IMG/VR virus record: IMGVR_UViG_3300037418_002559
Span: 15,999 to 79,998 of that record
DNA from: a virus
Lineage: Duplodnaviria > Heunggongvirae > Uroviricota > Caudoviricetes
Direction: 5' to 3' (one strand)
Length of the DNA stretch: 64,000 bases
Positions 51,441 to 60,611 of this stretch are shown here, piece after piece. The first letter of the stretch is position 1, and each line of letters opens with the position of its first letter. A model generated the notes under the pieces. That model did no database searches. It was not told the DNA's origin and saw only the letters and a program-made list of their open reading frames with translations. Position numbers and translations under genes: made by a program.

Positions 51441-52511
51441 ATGTTTAGTTATAAAGCACATGATGTAAATGAAGCGCTCTCATTCGGCCTGCAGCATTTA
51501 CTGCGTGAAGGCATCGAAGAAACCAGTCGTGTGGGTCCAGTGCTCGTAGCACCCGGCCCTGTGTGTATTGAATATGTAAACCCAAGACAGCGAGTTTTGT
51601 ATAGTCCAACACGTGACGCGAACCACGTATTCCATCTTATGGAATCACTGTGGCTGCTGTCTGGTAGCAACGAGATTGAATTTCCGGTATTCTTTAACAA
51701 AGCCTACGCACAGTTCAGCGACGACGGAACTACGATATGGGACAGCTACGGTTGGCGCTGGCGGCAGTTCTTTGGCTATGATCAATTGGAAGAAATCGTC
51801 GCAGAGCTAAAGAGGAATCCCAGCTCAAGGCGCTGCGTGCTGAGTATGTGGAATGGCGCAGAATGGTCGGCAGGCAATGGTCCTGATCCGTCTTGGGCGC
51901 GTGAAGACGGGCTTTGGATGCAAAGCGATCTTAGTGTAGCTTGCAATGGTGGCAAAGCGGTCCCCTGCAACACGCATGCGTATTTCGCTGTACGTGGTGG
52001 TAAGCTCAACATGACGGTCATGAATCGCTCCAACGATGCTATGTGGGGCTGCTTCGGCGCGAATGCCGTTCACTTCAGCTTACTGCTGGAATACATGGCT
52101 GTGCGTGTTGGGTTGCCTATGGGTAGTTACTTCCAGTTCACAAACAACCTGCACACCTACACCGATAAATTCAGTGTAGACATGCTCAATACAATAGAGC
52201 ACGAATGCGATACGGTTGGCGCGCTGCCGCAACCTGGCCCTGCGATTGAACCTGGATTTGACGAGGATCTGCGCCTATTCATGCCTTGGGCACTGTCAGT
52301 TATACGTTCGACGCCGGGGGATACTTTGCGCGCGCTGAACGTACCACAATTAGAAACACCATTCATGTATTCCGTAGTAGCTCCTATGTTTTTGTTCTGG
52401 GTGTATCGTAAGTGGAAAGACGAGTACAGCAGCTCTATTTGCTTGAATGGTATTGATGCGCCAGACTGGCAACGGGCTTGTGAAGAATGGAAGGAGCGTA
52501 GACGTAAGTGA
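51441..52511 (+). CDS. ThyA-family pyrimidine C5 hydroxymethylase/methylase (likely dUMP hydroxymethylase)
   Basis: MESLWLLSGSNE, DQLEEIVAELKRNPSSRRCVLSMWN, catalytic PC in VPCNTHAYFAVRGGKLNMTVMNRSNDAMWG, TNNLHTY. 356 aa with a C-terminal extension. Confidence 0.8.
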   Translation: MFSYKAHDVNEALSFGLQHLLREGIEETSRVGPVLVAPGPVCIEYVNPRQRVLYSPTRDANHVFHLMESLWLLSGSNEIEFPVFFNKAYAQFSDDGTTIWDSYGWRWRQFFGYDQLEEIVAELKRNPSSRRCVLSMWNGAEWSAGNGPDPSWAREDGLWMQSDLSVACNGGKAVPCNTHAYFAVRGGKLNMTVMNRSNDAMWGCFGANAVHFSLLLEYMAVRVGLPMGSYFQFTNNLHTYTDKFSVDMLNTIEHECDTVGALPQPGPAIEPGFDEDLRLFMPWALSVIRSTPGDTLRALNVPQLETPFMYSVVAPMFLFWVYRKWKDEYSSSICLNGIDAPDWQRACEEWKERRRK

Positions 52512-53095
52512 AAGAGGTTCTGCAATTCATCATGGAAGGTGGTAGTGTGCAGCGCTACCACACGCGTCCGGGCATAAGGCCGGACACAAACGCGCACCAC
52601 AGCCATGGCGTCCTGATGCTGGCCAGTCTGCTGGCCGGTCAGAATGAGCAAACAGGCTGCACGCAGGCTAGTGTTAATTTACTCATGGCATGTGCTACGC
52701 ATGATTTGGCGGAGCAACTGGCCTGCGATGTAAGCGCGCCAGCCAAGCGGTTGCTCGGTATACGTGAGCTTCTGCATGACTTGGAGTCCAACGAGCTGAG
52801 AACGCATCTGCTCGACTACGAGCAGCACCTTACAGAAGACGAGCGTACTATTCTGCAGCTTGCCGATTGCTTTGATGGTATGATGTATTGCTGTCGAGAG
52901 CTTGCTCTGGGTAATAGAAATGCCTTGCTCATCTGGCGTCGGTTTTGCAGTTACATAACTAAGATTACAGCACAACACGACATTGAGTTTGAAATTGGGC
53001 TGCGCGCCAGTGTGATGTTTGAATCCATCAAAGAAATCTACAGAGAGGTTACAAGTGTCACAGGACCAGAATTCGACATCTTCAAAGGCAAATGA
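52508..53095 (+). CDS. HD-domain phosphohydrolase, YfbR/OxsA/DatZ-like 5'-deoxynucleotidase
   Basis: RYHTRP...NAHHSHGVLMLASLLA...CATHDLAEQ...DCFDGMMY. GTGA overlap with the ThyA-like stop. Confidence 0.7.
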   Translation: MKEVLQFIMEGGSVQRYHTRPGIRPDTNAHHSHGVLMLASLLAGQNEQTGCTQASVNLLMACATHDLAEQLACDVSAPAKRLLGIRELLHDLESNELRTHLLDYEQHLTEDERTILQLADCFDGMMYCCRELALGNRNALLIWRRFCSYITKITAQHDIEFEIGLRASVMFESIKEIYREVTSVTGPEFDIFKGK

Positions 53096-53327
53096 TGTGC
53101 AGGTTGGTGGTACGCATTACCAAAATGCTGTTGGAACTTGCCCTCATTGTGGCGGCCCCATCCAACATTGGGATCTGTTCGGTAAAATGCCGTACTTAGT
53201 TGGGCAGGTCTGCCGCTACGTACTACGCTTCCAAGGCAAGAATGGCAAGGAAGACATAGAAAAGGCTGGGCACTTCCTTCAGAAATTGAAGGAAGTCTAC
53301 TTCCCAGAGCAAGAAAAGAAGCCTTAA
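53019..53327 (+). CDS. small Zn-ribbon protein (VGGTHYQ...CPHCGG...YVLRFQGK), possibly DUF3310-like
   Basis: The track gives a TTG start at 53019. A GTG at 53097 after AAAGG is the likelier start and overlaps the HD stop. Confidence 0.45.
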   Translation: MNPSKKSTERLQVSQDQNSTSSKANDVQVGGTHYQNAVGTCPHCGGPIQHWDLFGKMPYLVGQVCRYVLRFQGKNGKEDIEKAGHFLQKLKEVYFPEQEKKP

Positions 53328-53333
53328 ACGACA

Positions 53334-53380
53334 AAAGACCCTCTCCTAAGCCCACAAAAGGGGCCAAGGAGAGGGTCTTT
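53334..53380. terminator. bidirectional intrinsic terminator between convergent modules
   Basis: 14-bp perfect stem AAAGACCCTCTCCT / AGGAGAGGGTCTTT with an inner GCCC/GGGC stem. Lies between the TAA at 53325-53327 (+) and the lysin stop at 53379-53381 (-). T-rich tails on both strands. Confidence 0.7.
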
Positions 53381-53840
53381 ATGCTTGCAATAAAGCTGCG
53401 TGCGCATGCAGGATAGAAGTGCAGGTTGCGCTCCGCGCCGGGTCCGTGCTCCACGTCATTGACACTTGTCGTAGGAACTCTTCAGGCGTGCCGGCCACGA
53501 GCGCCGCCGCGTAGTGCGGGTAGCTTGGTGCCAACCGTTTGAGAGTGTCCATCCGGTCGGCAAAGCAGGCCGACAGTGACGGGTAGTTTATAAAGTCGGC
53601 CTGTACAACCGTCCAGTGTCCGTCCAAGAACTCTCGTGTTGGCAGGCTGACAGTGGCGTAGACCGGGTGGCTGTGCTGCTTCATGCCGAACCCGTTGTTG
53701 TAATCCAGGAAGAGGCGCGAGGTTCCCCACGCGCTCTCCACCATCATCTCGCAGGCCTGCGCATTGGGGAATAGCACCCCAGAGGCGCAGGCCTGCTCGT
53801 AGGCGCGTCGTAGCGCCGCTTGTTGCTGCTGTGTTATCAT
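53379..53840 (-). CDS. endolysin, mannosyl-glycoprotein endo-beta-N-acetylglucosaminidase (FlgJ-type glucosaminidase) domain
   Basis: ESAWGTSRLFLDYNNGFGMK matches the glucosaminidase signature ESGWG.S.L...NN.FGIK. Confidence 0.7.
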   Translation of the reverse strand: MITQQQQAALRRAYEQACASGVLFPNAQACEMMVESAWGTSRLFLDYNNGFGMKQHSHPVYATVSLPTREFLDGHWTVVQADFINYPSLSACFADRMDTLKRLAPSYPHYAAALVAGTPEEFLRQVSMTWSTDPARSATCTSILHAHAALLQA

Positions 53841-53849
53841 GGCTAAGTC

Positions 53850-56800
53850 TCAATACGGTGTGCACAATACGTCGTAAGTCATGCCTGCGGTCGCGGTGTG
53901 CGTGACGGTTATTTGGTTGGTGATTTTAGCGCTGACATAAGTGGTGGCGATGTTCGTAGCTGCGGCGGCGTTGGTAGCCGTCAGCGAGCAATGCCCACTG
54001 GCGGTCATGCCGGTCACCGTAACGTTGTCGGACGCAGCGGCGGTAGTGGTGAGAGCTCCTACAGGTAGATTTGCAGCAGACGGGCAGTTCGTGCCGTTGG
54101 CCTGGCAGACGTTCTGCCCGGCAACGGTCAACGAGCCGGTGAACGTGCCCTGCGCCGACATCACTTTGCCGGTTGTGTCGACGGCTGGTGGCGCTGCACC
54201 AGCGGCCTGCCCTGTGTCGTCACAGGCACCGCTTGATATACTTCCAGAGATAAGGTTATTAGTAACTGTGCAAATAAGCCCTAATGAGGGGCTCCCCGGA
54301 CCTGCCGTACGGTAGACCTTAGTCGACTGTGCCCCGTATCCAAGCAGTATGAAGATGCTGTTTTTGTTGGTAGAGCTGAGGGTTGCATTGCCAGTGTTAG
54401 TTAGTGTGACTGCGCTTGGCAGCGATTCGCCGTTTTGCGTCACGCTGGTGGCTACGTAGCTCCATGTTGAACTGCCGGTGGTGCCTTGCGGTTGCACCGA
54501 CGTTATGGTGGGTGGCGCCGCTCCAGCGTAGAGCGTGCCAGAGTAGTGCGTTTTGTCGGCGATTATGGCGGACGTGTCGAGGATACCCTCGTTGCCAAAC
54601 GTGCCGTAGGTTCCAAGGGCTGCTTGAAGGTTGGAGCGACTGTCTGCCGCCGATGTAAGAGCCACTGGAAGCCCCGGAGTAAATCCCCCGTTTACGTAAG
54701 TGCCATCGCCGGTGCTGAGTATGTTGGCACGAGTGCGCGCCGTTTTTACGTTGTTTAGGTACCAATCTTGCGTGGTGGACGTGTAGTTTATCTTGCCGGC
54801 TCCGCCGTCTACCGACATCACCTGCATGTCGTTGCGCGCATTGCCGCAGCCGCCCTGCGTAGAAACCACGCACCCCAGAGCAATGGCCGGTTTCCCGTCG
54901 ATAGGAAACTGAGCCACGGTGATTGCCGTGCTCATCGGCCCGTTGAGTATGATGCCGCGCGGCGCGGTCAGCCAACCACCACCTCCCACGTACCACGAAC
55001 TAGGATTCGTGTTCTGCTCGCTGAGGAACTTGTACTGCCCACTTATCCCCATGCCGCCGCCCAAGAAATTAAACGCGCCGATGTTGTTGATTGAGCCGGA
55101 ATCAGGGCTGTTCACAGTGGCAGCCGCCGCTACAGTGTACCCACCGAAGGCCGGGTCGAATGGGTTCTCGATAAGATTTCCCACGCTCCAGTCCACGGAG
55201 TTTGGTTCAAGTGGAACGCCCGCCGAAGTCGCCGGTTGCACAACCGCTGCGCCTCGGAAAAGGTAGTAGTTGAAGTACACCTGTGGGTACGATATCTGTG
55301 CCGTCGCCGAAGTACCCGAGACGCCGCTCTGCGTCCAAGAGATGGTCTGATTATTGTTACTCAGCTTGACGTTAGTGACAGTCCCATTGAAGGCGGAGTT
55401 GGAGGCGTTGCTGATGACTGCTGAGGCTAGGTTATCGAGCACGCTGGAAGAATTGGTGCTCGCAAAGCCAGCCGTCACCGTGGTTCCAGACACCGATAGA
55501 TTGACAAGGCCAACATTCGCCGTGCTGCTATTCCAGAGGGTAGGAATTGGTGCCGATGTCGCCATAGTGCCGCTACTACTAGTCAGGAACCTACCTACAA
55601 TCTCATGTATTGATCTTGCTCCGAAGACGGGGTAGTCGGTGCGCCAACCAGCAAACGGACCATTGAAAAATGGCTGGGAGGCCATGTAGTAGGTTCCGCA
55701 AAGCCCTCCCAGCCCTCCTCCAGCGTTTTGCCAAAGCGAAGTTCCAAGCTGCGGATTCGGGTAGCGGTGCGTGAAGGTGACGGACTGCTGCCCGCCAGAC
55801 AGAGTTCCGACGGCTGTAATGGCAACCTGCTCATATTTCGCCGCGCCATCCAGACAAGCTGTTCCGACTACGTAGCCTCCTGCATTCGTCCCGCCATCGA
55901 CCGAAAAGGTGACGGTATCAGTTTGTGGGTTAATGTTTGTAATTGGTGTTGGAATGGCGGCCTGGGCAAGTCCGTATGCTCCGGATACAGTAACTGTCGC
56001 GTCGGTTGGCGTCGCCCACGCGGCATAGCCGGGAACCTGCGTGGCTACTCCTGTGACGTTGGCTCCGCTGACAGCGATGCTGTGGAGGTTGAGCATGATT
56101 CCGCCGACGGAGACCTGTGAGCGTGAGTTCGTTCCTGCGGTATAGGTCACGGGCAGCAGCTGCGTTCCCGTCGTCGCTCCCGCCGCAACCGTGCCATGGA
56201 ACCATGAGGAATGCTGATTGTCTTGCAACCCAAGCCCGGTGGAACACTCGTCCCCTCCAGAACTGCAGCCGCCGTCGGTATTATTGTAGAGGTATGCGTT
56301 CTGGCCGTCGCCAGAAGAGAACTTATCTTGCGTGCCAGATATCATACTGGCGATGGTAGGCGTGCTAACTGTTTGACTGATGTTGATACCGTGAACAGAA
56401 GACCAATCAGAACCGAGGTAGGGACCGCCCCATGTGCCGAAATAGAAGCCCTTTCCATTGAAGGTGTTTACTAGATGCAGCGCATCTTGCTGCTGTCCGG
56501 GGTAGTTTCCGGCGCTCGGCGTGGCCTGATCCCAAAGACTGTAGACCGTTCTAGCACTTGCGTAGGATGCGCCGAAAAGATTGTAAACCCGCGACGGCGG
56601 ATTCTGAAAGAAGCTGTTCGCGCCGCCGAGCCTGAAATCGTGCGCCTGCGAACCCGTCTTAGTCGTCACCTCTTCCGTGGACGCGCTGGTTTGCGGCACC
56701 TCCACATCGCAGCCAGCCACGCAATCAGAGCTGGCGTAGGCGTTCACAACACCGCCGTACTGCGCGGCATTGAGCGCCCCGTTGGTCACGTTGCCCGTCA

Positions 56801-57158
56801 AAGTGCCCAGAACGGTAAGCGGGTTGCCGGTGGCATCCGTGAACGCAGTGGAATGCCCGAATGTGCTTATATTGCTTGTCTGAATGGAGTACTGCGGCCC
56901 AGAAGGCAATGTCGTAGTGCCGCTCGCCTTGACCCAGCCGGAAGTGGCGCATACGAATAAATTTCCAGATACGGTGTTGGTGTACGGCTGTCCGTAGTGC
57001 GAGGAGTCGCATGGCCATGCTGGGGATACTGGATCCACTGCGCCAGTAATCGCTGGCCAACGTACTTGGGTCGATGGGTTCACTTGTGTCTGCGCCGTGC
57101 TTTGTATAGGCGACAGCAAAGCAGACAGCAGTGCGGCTAGAATAACAAAATACTTCAT
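53850..57158 (-). CDS. large beta-helix/tail-spike-like protein with N-terminal Sec signal peptide
   Basis: Start chosen at Met24 of the track ORF (MKYFVILAALLSALLSPIQSTAQ-TQ). Rich in G/T/S/N repeats. About 1100 aa. Confidence 0.6.
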   Translation of the reverse strand: MKYFVILAALLSALLSPIQSTAQTQVNPSTQVRWPAITGAVDPVSPAWPCDSSHYGQPYTNTVSGNLFVCATSGWVKASGTTTLPSGPQYSIQTSNISTFGHSTAFTDATGNPLTVLGTLTGNVTNGALNAAQYGGVVNAYASSDCVAGCDVEVPQTSASTEEVTTKTGSQAHDFRLGGANSFFQNPPSRVYNLFGASYASARTVYSLWDQATPSAGNYPGQQQDALHLVNTFNGKGFYFGTWGGPYLGSDWSSVHGINISQTVSTPTIASMISGTQDKFSSGDGQNAYLYNNTDGGCSSGGDECSTGLGLQDNQHSSWFHGTVAAGATTGTQLLPVTYTAGTNSRSQVSVGGIMLNLHSIAVSGANVTGVATQVPGYAAWATPTDATVTVSGAYGLAQAAIPTPITNINPQTDTVTFSVDGGTNAGGYVVGTACLDGAAKYEQVAITAVGTLSGGQQSVTFTHRYPNPQLGTSLWQNAGGGLGGLCGTYYMASQPFFNGPFAGWRTDYPVFGARSIHEIVGRFLTSSSGTMATSAPIPTLWNSSTANVGLVNLSVSGTTVTAGFASTNSSSVLDNLASAVISNASNSAFNGTVTNVKLSNNNQTISWTQSGVSGTSATAQISYPQVYFNYYLFRGAAVVQPATSAGVPLEPNSVDWSVGNLIENPFDPAFGGYTVAAAATVNSPDSGSINNIGAFNFLGGGMGISGQYKFLSEQNTNPSSWYVGGGGWLTAPRGIILNGPMSTAITVAQFPIDGKPAIALGCVVSTQGGCGNARNDMQVMSVDGGAGKINYTSTTQDWYLNNVKTARTRANILSTGDGTYVNGGFTPGLPVALTSAADSRSNLQAALGTYGTFGNEGILDTSAIIADKTHYSGTLYAGAAPPTITSVQPQGTTGSSTWSYVATSVTQNGESLPSAVTLTNTGNATLSSTNKNSIFILLGYGAQSTKVYRTAGPGSPSLGLICTVTNNLISGSISSGACDDTGQAAGAAPPAVDTTGKVMSAQGTFTGSLTVAGQNVCQANGTNCPSAANLPVGALTTTAAASDNVTVTGMTASGHCSLTATNAAAATNIATTYVSAKITNQITVTHTATAGMTYDVLCTPY

Positions 57159-57183
57159 CAGATAGAGCCCTTTCAGCAATTGG

Positions 57184-59247
57184 TTACTGTAGCTGTGTGG
57201 CGCCAGACAGTCCGTTGCCGCCTTCAAGCGATACGGGATACGGCACTAGCGTGAGATATTCGTAGGCTCCGTCGCTGGGCGGGTAGGGCCTACGAGTACC
57301 GGCGTAGTCAGTGGTCAGTCCTGGTATGGACACGCCAGCTGCTACAAGCGGACTTATGGACGTCAGGTGCGCGTCGATGGCGTTAACGTCAGACTCTGCC
57401 ACGAACTTGGGATCGGTGCAGACGTAATTGATCTCATGGCCATCGCCGGGGCAGGTTGTCCCAGAGTTACCCATGTGATACCAAGCATTATTCGCCGCAG
57501 AAGAAGCCGGATTGGCGAATGGATCGGGTCCGCCAAAATTGAATGCACCCGCGTAGGTTCCGTAAAATGGGCTGATGAAGCTCATGGTAGTGTTGTTCTT
57601 GAAGATCAGCGTGCAGGCTGTCGTGGTGGAGCAGTTCGCGTTGGCAATATCCCAAGCGACGTTCTGCTCGCCGTTGTTGGTCACGTTCTCAATGGTAAGC
57701 GTGTCGCCATCCTGCATCCCGAACGCCATGCCATCGTTAGCGCGGCAGCGGAGCTGCGCCAAAGCGTTCCAGCCGGGAGGGTTGAGCGGAAAGTTAGACG
57801 CATTGGCAAATATGTTGCAGTTGGCTATGCCGATGCTGTTGGTGAGCGTCGCCTGCCCGCCGCCGCCCTTGATAGATTGGCCCTCGTTGCCTTCGGCGTA
57901 GATGTCGGTCATGGTGAGCGTTGGCCGCACTAGAGGATCATCACCCACGTGAAGGCTGTCGAAGCCGTCCTGAGCGCTGTACTTGGATGTGATGTGCGCC
58001 CAGTGCCAAGTACCGCCTGTGGCGATCATGACGACGTTGTCGCCGTTCCCGCCATAAGCCTGATCGACCGTGCAGGCGTACCCGTTGCCTCCGATTGTTC
58101 CACCATTCGGATGAACTTCACAGCTACCATTCCAGAGGGAGGTTAGATAGCTGATGTTCATCGTACCCTGTGATTCGCAGCTATTGCCACAGCCGCCGCC
58201 GTCGGCGTCCCAGCCGGATTCCCCGTTGCCAGCAATGTAGATGTCCGAAGCCGTGAAGGTGTCAGTCGGCGCAGTGTTGAACTTGCTGCCAAGAATGGCC
58301 GTGCTCTTGAGGCCGTGGATGCTAATGTCCTTTAGGGTAGCATTCGACGGGCCTTGCGCGACCGTGTACTCCATCACGATTCCGATGCCCACGTAGTCGT
58401 TTGACTGTCCCGGAGCGTCACACCAGTTGGCAAAATACGCCGTTCCGGTGTCGGCGGCTGAGGCCACGTCTGCGTGCGTCAAAGCCACCGTGAACGTGCC
58501 GGACGACCCGCCAGCGTTCGTGACCGAAGTGATGATGGCCCCTGTCACGTTGAAAACACCGCCGCCGTTCGTGGTTCCGGTCACGGTGATTGGCTCGCCA
58601 AGCGCTATGTGCTGGTCGAAACTCCACGTCCAAGAGTAAGTAGCAACGTTGCCGGTCAGGGATGTGTTCGTAATCGAGACGTCTGTCTTTCCCTGCGACG
58701 TGCAGGTGGCGAGTTGTGTTATGTCGAGGCACTCCATGTCCACGTTGTTCGTTCCCTGCAGGCTGAACATGCGAAAAAGGAAGTTGATGCCGATGAACTG
58801 CGTAGGATTAGTCACTCCCGTGTGAGAGGCGTCGTGGCATGCCCCCGTGCCTACGCCGTAGAACTTCACGCCGTCAGGAAACGGCGGAAGGTAGCAGTCC
58901 GCCGTATCGCCAGCGCAGTGCGCCCAACTCAGGCCGTGCCCGTTGTGCTGCTGTCCCATGTAGTAAGGCCCAGCATCGGCGAACTGTATGGTGTCGTTCG
59001 CGGCAACCAGCCACGTCCACGAACTCTGGTCTAGCAGCCAATAAGGGTGGTTCAGGCGGCACGGCTGAGCAGTGCCAGAGCCTGGGTACGGCGCGTTGGC
59101 GAGTCCGGTGCATTGCGTGGCCGTTCCGCCGTCGAGTCCAATGTAGTGTGTGGTCGCGCGCGCTGTAGGGCAGAAAGTTATGAAAAGCAGCGCAACCAAT
59201 AGTATTTGCAAGCCAACTGTACGGCGCGCACAAGATGATGTTTGCAT
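57184..59247 (-). CDS. right-handed beta-helix (pectin-lyase-fold-like) protein with Sec signal peptide
   Basis: MQTSSCARRTVGLQILLVALLFITFCPTARA-TT. Repeated G/N/T-rich beta-helix-like segments. GAAGGT SD. Confidence 0.6.
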   Translation of the reverse strand: MQTSSCARRTVGLQILLVALLFITFCPTARATTHYIGLDGGTATQCTGLANAPYPGSGTAQPCRLNHPYWLLDQSSWTWLVAANDTIQFADAGPYYMGQQHNGHGLSWAHCAGDTADCYLPPFPDGVKFYGVGTGACHDASHTGVTNPTQFIGINFLFRMFSLQGTNNVDMECLDITQLATCTSQGKTDVSITNTSLTGNVATYSWTWSFDQHIALGEPITVTGTTNGGGVFNVTGAIITSVTNAGGSSGTFTVALTHADVASAADTGTAYFANWCDAPGQSNDYVGIGIVMEYTVAQGPSNATLKDISIHGLKSTAILGSKFNTAPTDTFTASDIYIAGNGESGWDADGGGCGNSCESQGTMNISYLTSLWNGSCEVHPNGGTIGGNGYACTVDQAYGGNGDNVVMIATGGTWHWAHITSKYSAQDGFDSLHVGDDPLVRPTLTMTDIYAEGNEGQSIKGGGGQATLTNSIGIANCNIFANASNFPLNPPGWNALAQLRCRANDGMAFGMQDGDTLTIENVTNNGEQNVAWDIANANCSTTTACTLIFKNNTTMSFISPFYGTYAGAFNFGGPDPFANPASSAANNAWYHMGNSGTTCPGDGHEINYVCTDPKFVAESDVNAIDAHLTSISPLVAAGVSIPGLTTDYAGTRRPYPPSDGAYEYLTLVPYPVSLEGGNGLSGATQLQ

Positions 59248-59257
59248 TGGGAGACCT

Positions 59258-59647
59258 TCACTTCATGTATACAGCGTATACGGTATCACCGGCTGATGTA
59301 GCTGACACAGTGAATGTTATCGTTGCGCCTGACAGTGTGTAATCAAGGCCGGGTCGTTGAAAAATACCGTTCCAATAGAACCCGAACAATACTGTAGGCA
59401 CGTTGGCCAATGTGTACGAATTGCCCGGCACCACGCCTGCAGGAACCTCCGTTACGAAGGAGTTCGCCATTTGCAGGCCGATATTCGTGATGATGAAGTT
59501 CGTCACTGCCAAGGCTGGTACAGTTACCTCGCCGCCAAATATCAGGTCTAGCAGGTTCCAGTTGTAGTTCGTAGGTACTTGCCAGTTGCCTTGGTCGAAC
59601 GCCGGTATTTGCAGCCCTATGTTGGGTGTTGCAGTCTCACTTGCCAT
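59258..59647 (-). CDS. hypothetical tail-associated protein
   Basis: GGAAGG SD 6 nt before the ATG (Met6 of the track ORF). Confidence 0.4.
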   Translation of the reverse strand: MASETATPNIGLQIPAFDQGNWQVPTNYNWNLLDLIFGGEVTVPALAVTNFIITNIGLQMANSFVTEVPAGVVPGNSYTLANVPTVLFGFYWNGIFQRPGLDYTLSGATITFTVSATSAGDTVYAVYMK

Positions 59648-59651
59648 TGGC

Positions 59652-60605
59652 CTACCTTCCAAAAGCGAAAACTGTTGGTGAGGTCACGTAATCTTCGCTC
59701 TCGTCCCCGCGCCGCTGGCGAATAACCGTCACCCCGGCATTGTTATAGGAGGAAACGGAGTACATCTGGATGTCATTGCTGGCACCGGAAAAGAAGTTGG
59801 TAGACACGTAGGCCGCGAAGCAGCTGTTAGGAAAGTTGGACGCGAATCCGACAGTCTGCACCGGGTTGGTGTTAACGCCGTGGTCCTGGTTTCCGGTGGC
59901 CCACTTGATAATAAGACCGCTGGGCAGGCTCTGCGATCCGTTGGAGGCGAGCGTGGCCGCGAAGTTCAGCGCGGCTATTTGCGCCAGCGCGGTGTTAGCG
60001 CTGTTCTGCGCCGCTGCCGTCAGGCCACTCAAGGTGTTCAAGAAATTCTCTGCGGGATATAGATTGGTGCCGTCGGATATAAACTGCTCCGTGAGCAGGT
60101 TGCCCTGGCTTTCCGTCTTGACGTTGCGCGCGAAAAGTACGTTTCCCGGCCAAGCGAAGCTGTAATTGCCAGGACTGTTGCTGACTATGTAGAACGTGAT
60201 TACGCTGCCTGACGGCGGCGCATTTACGAGCGTGGAGCTCGTGACGTTGCCGGACAAGTCTATGCGAAACCCGTTAGCCAAATTGCAGTCAAATACCGGG
60301 TTGGGCGAAAACGGTACTTGTACCTGCGCAGGTTTGATGTCGGCAGACGTTAGGAAGTTGGCGCACTGAGCCGTCAACGTGGAAAGGTTGGAGTCAGAAG
60401 TTGTAAAGCCCTTGTTGGCAAACGCCTGGAATAGTGCCGCCACATAGGTCGTGCACTGGAAGAACAGTTTGTTAGCCAGCTCGGCCTCGAACACGGAGGG
60501 GTTTGTGGCTCCTCCGGCTCGCTGCGAGTCGGCCAAGTATTCGCTGTCAGTTTCTTGGTTTGCTGCAGTGGGGTTCCACTGCAGTATATTGGTAGTTCCA
60601 GCCAT
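59652..60605 (-). CDS. putative tail fiber/baseplate-distal protein
   Basis: Position in the baseplate module; 317 aa. Confidence 0.45.
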   Translation of the reverse strand: MAGTTNILQWNPTAANQETDSEYLADSQRAGGATNPSVFEAELANKLFFQCTTYVAALFQAFANKGFTTSDSNLSTLTAQCANFLTSADIKPAQVQVPFSPNPVFDCNLANGFRIDLSGNVTSSTLVNAPPSGSVITFYIVSNSPGNYSFAWPGNVLFARNVKTESQGNLLTEQFISDGTNLYPAENFLNTLSGLTAAAQNSANTALAQIAALNFAATLASNGSQSLPSGLIIKWATGNQDHGVNTNPVQTVGFASNFPNSCFAAYVSTNFFSGASNDIQMYSVSSYNNAGVTVIRQRRGDESEDYVTSPTVFAFGR

Positions 60606-60611
60606 AGTTAG

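Noticed and set aside
53850-57227. TTG start at 57227 giving 23 extra N-terminal residues on the large beta-helix protein
   Set aside because: An ATG at 57158 immediately precedes a canonical signal peptide. The extra residues (MKAATDCLAPHSYSNQLLKGLYL) would bury the signal.
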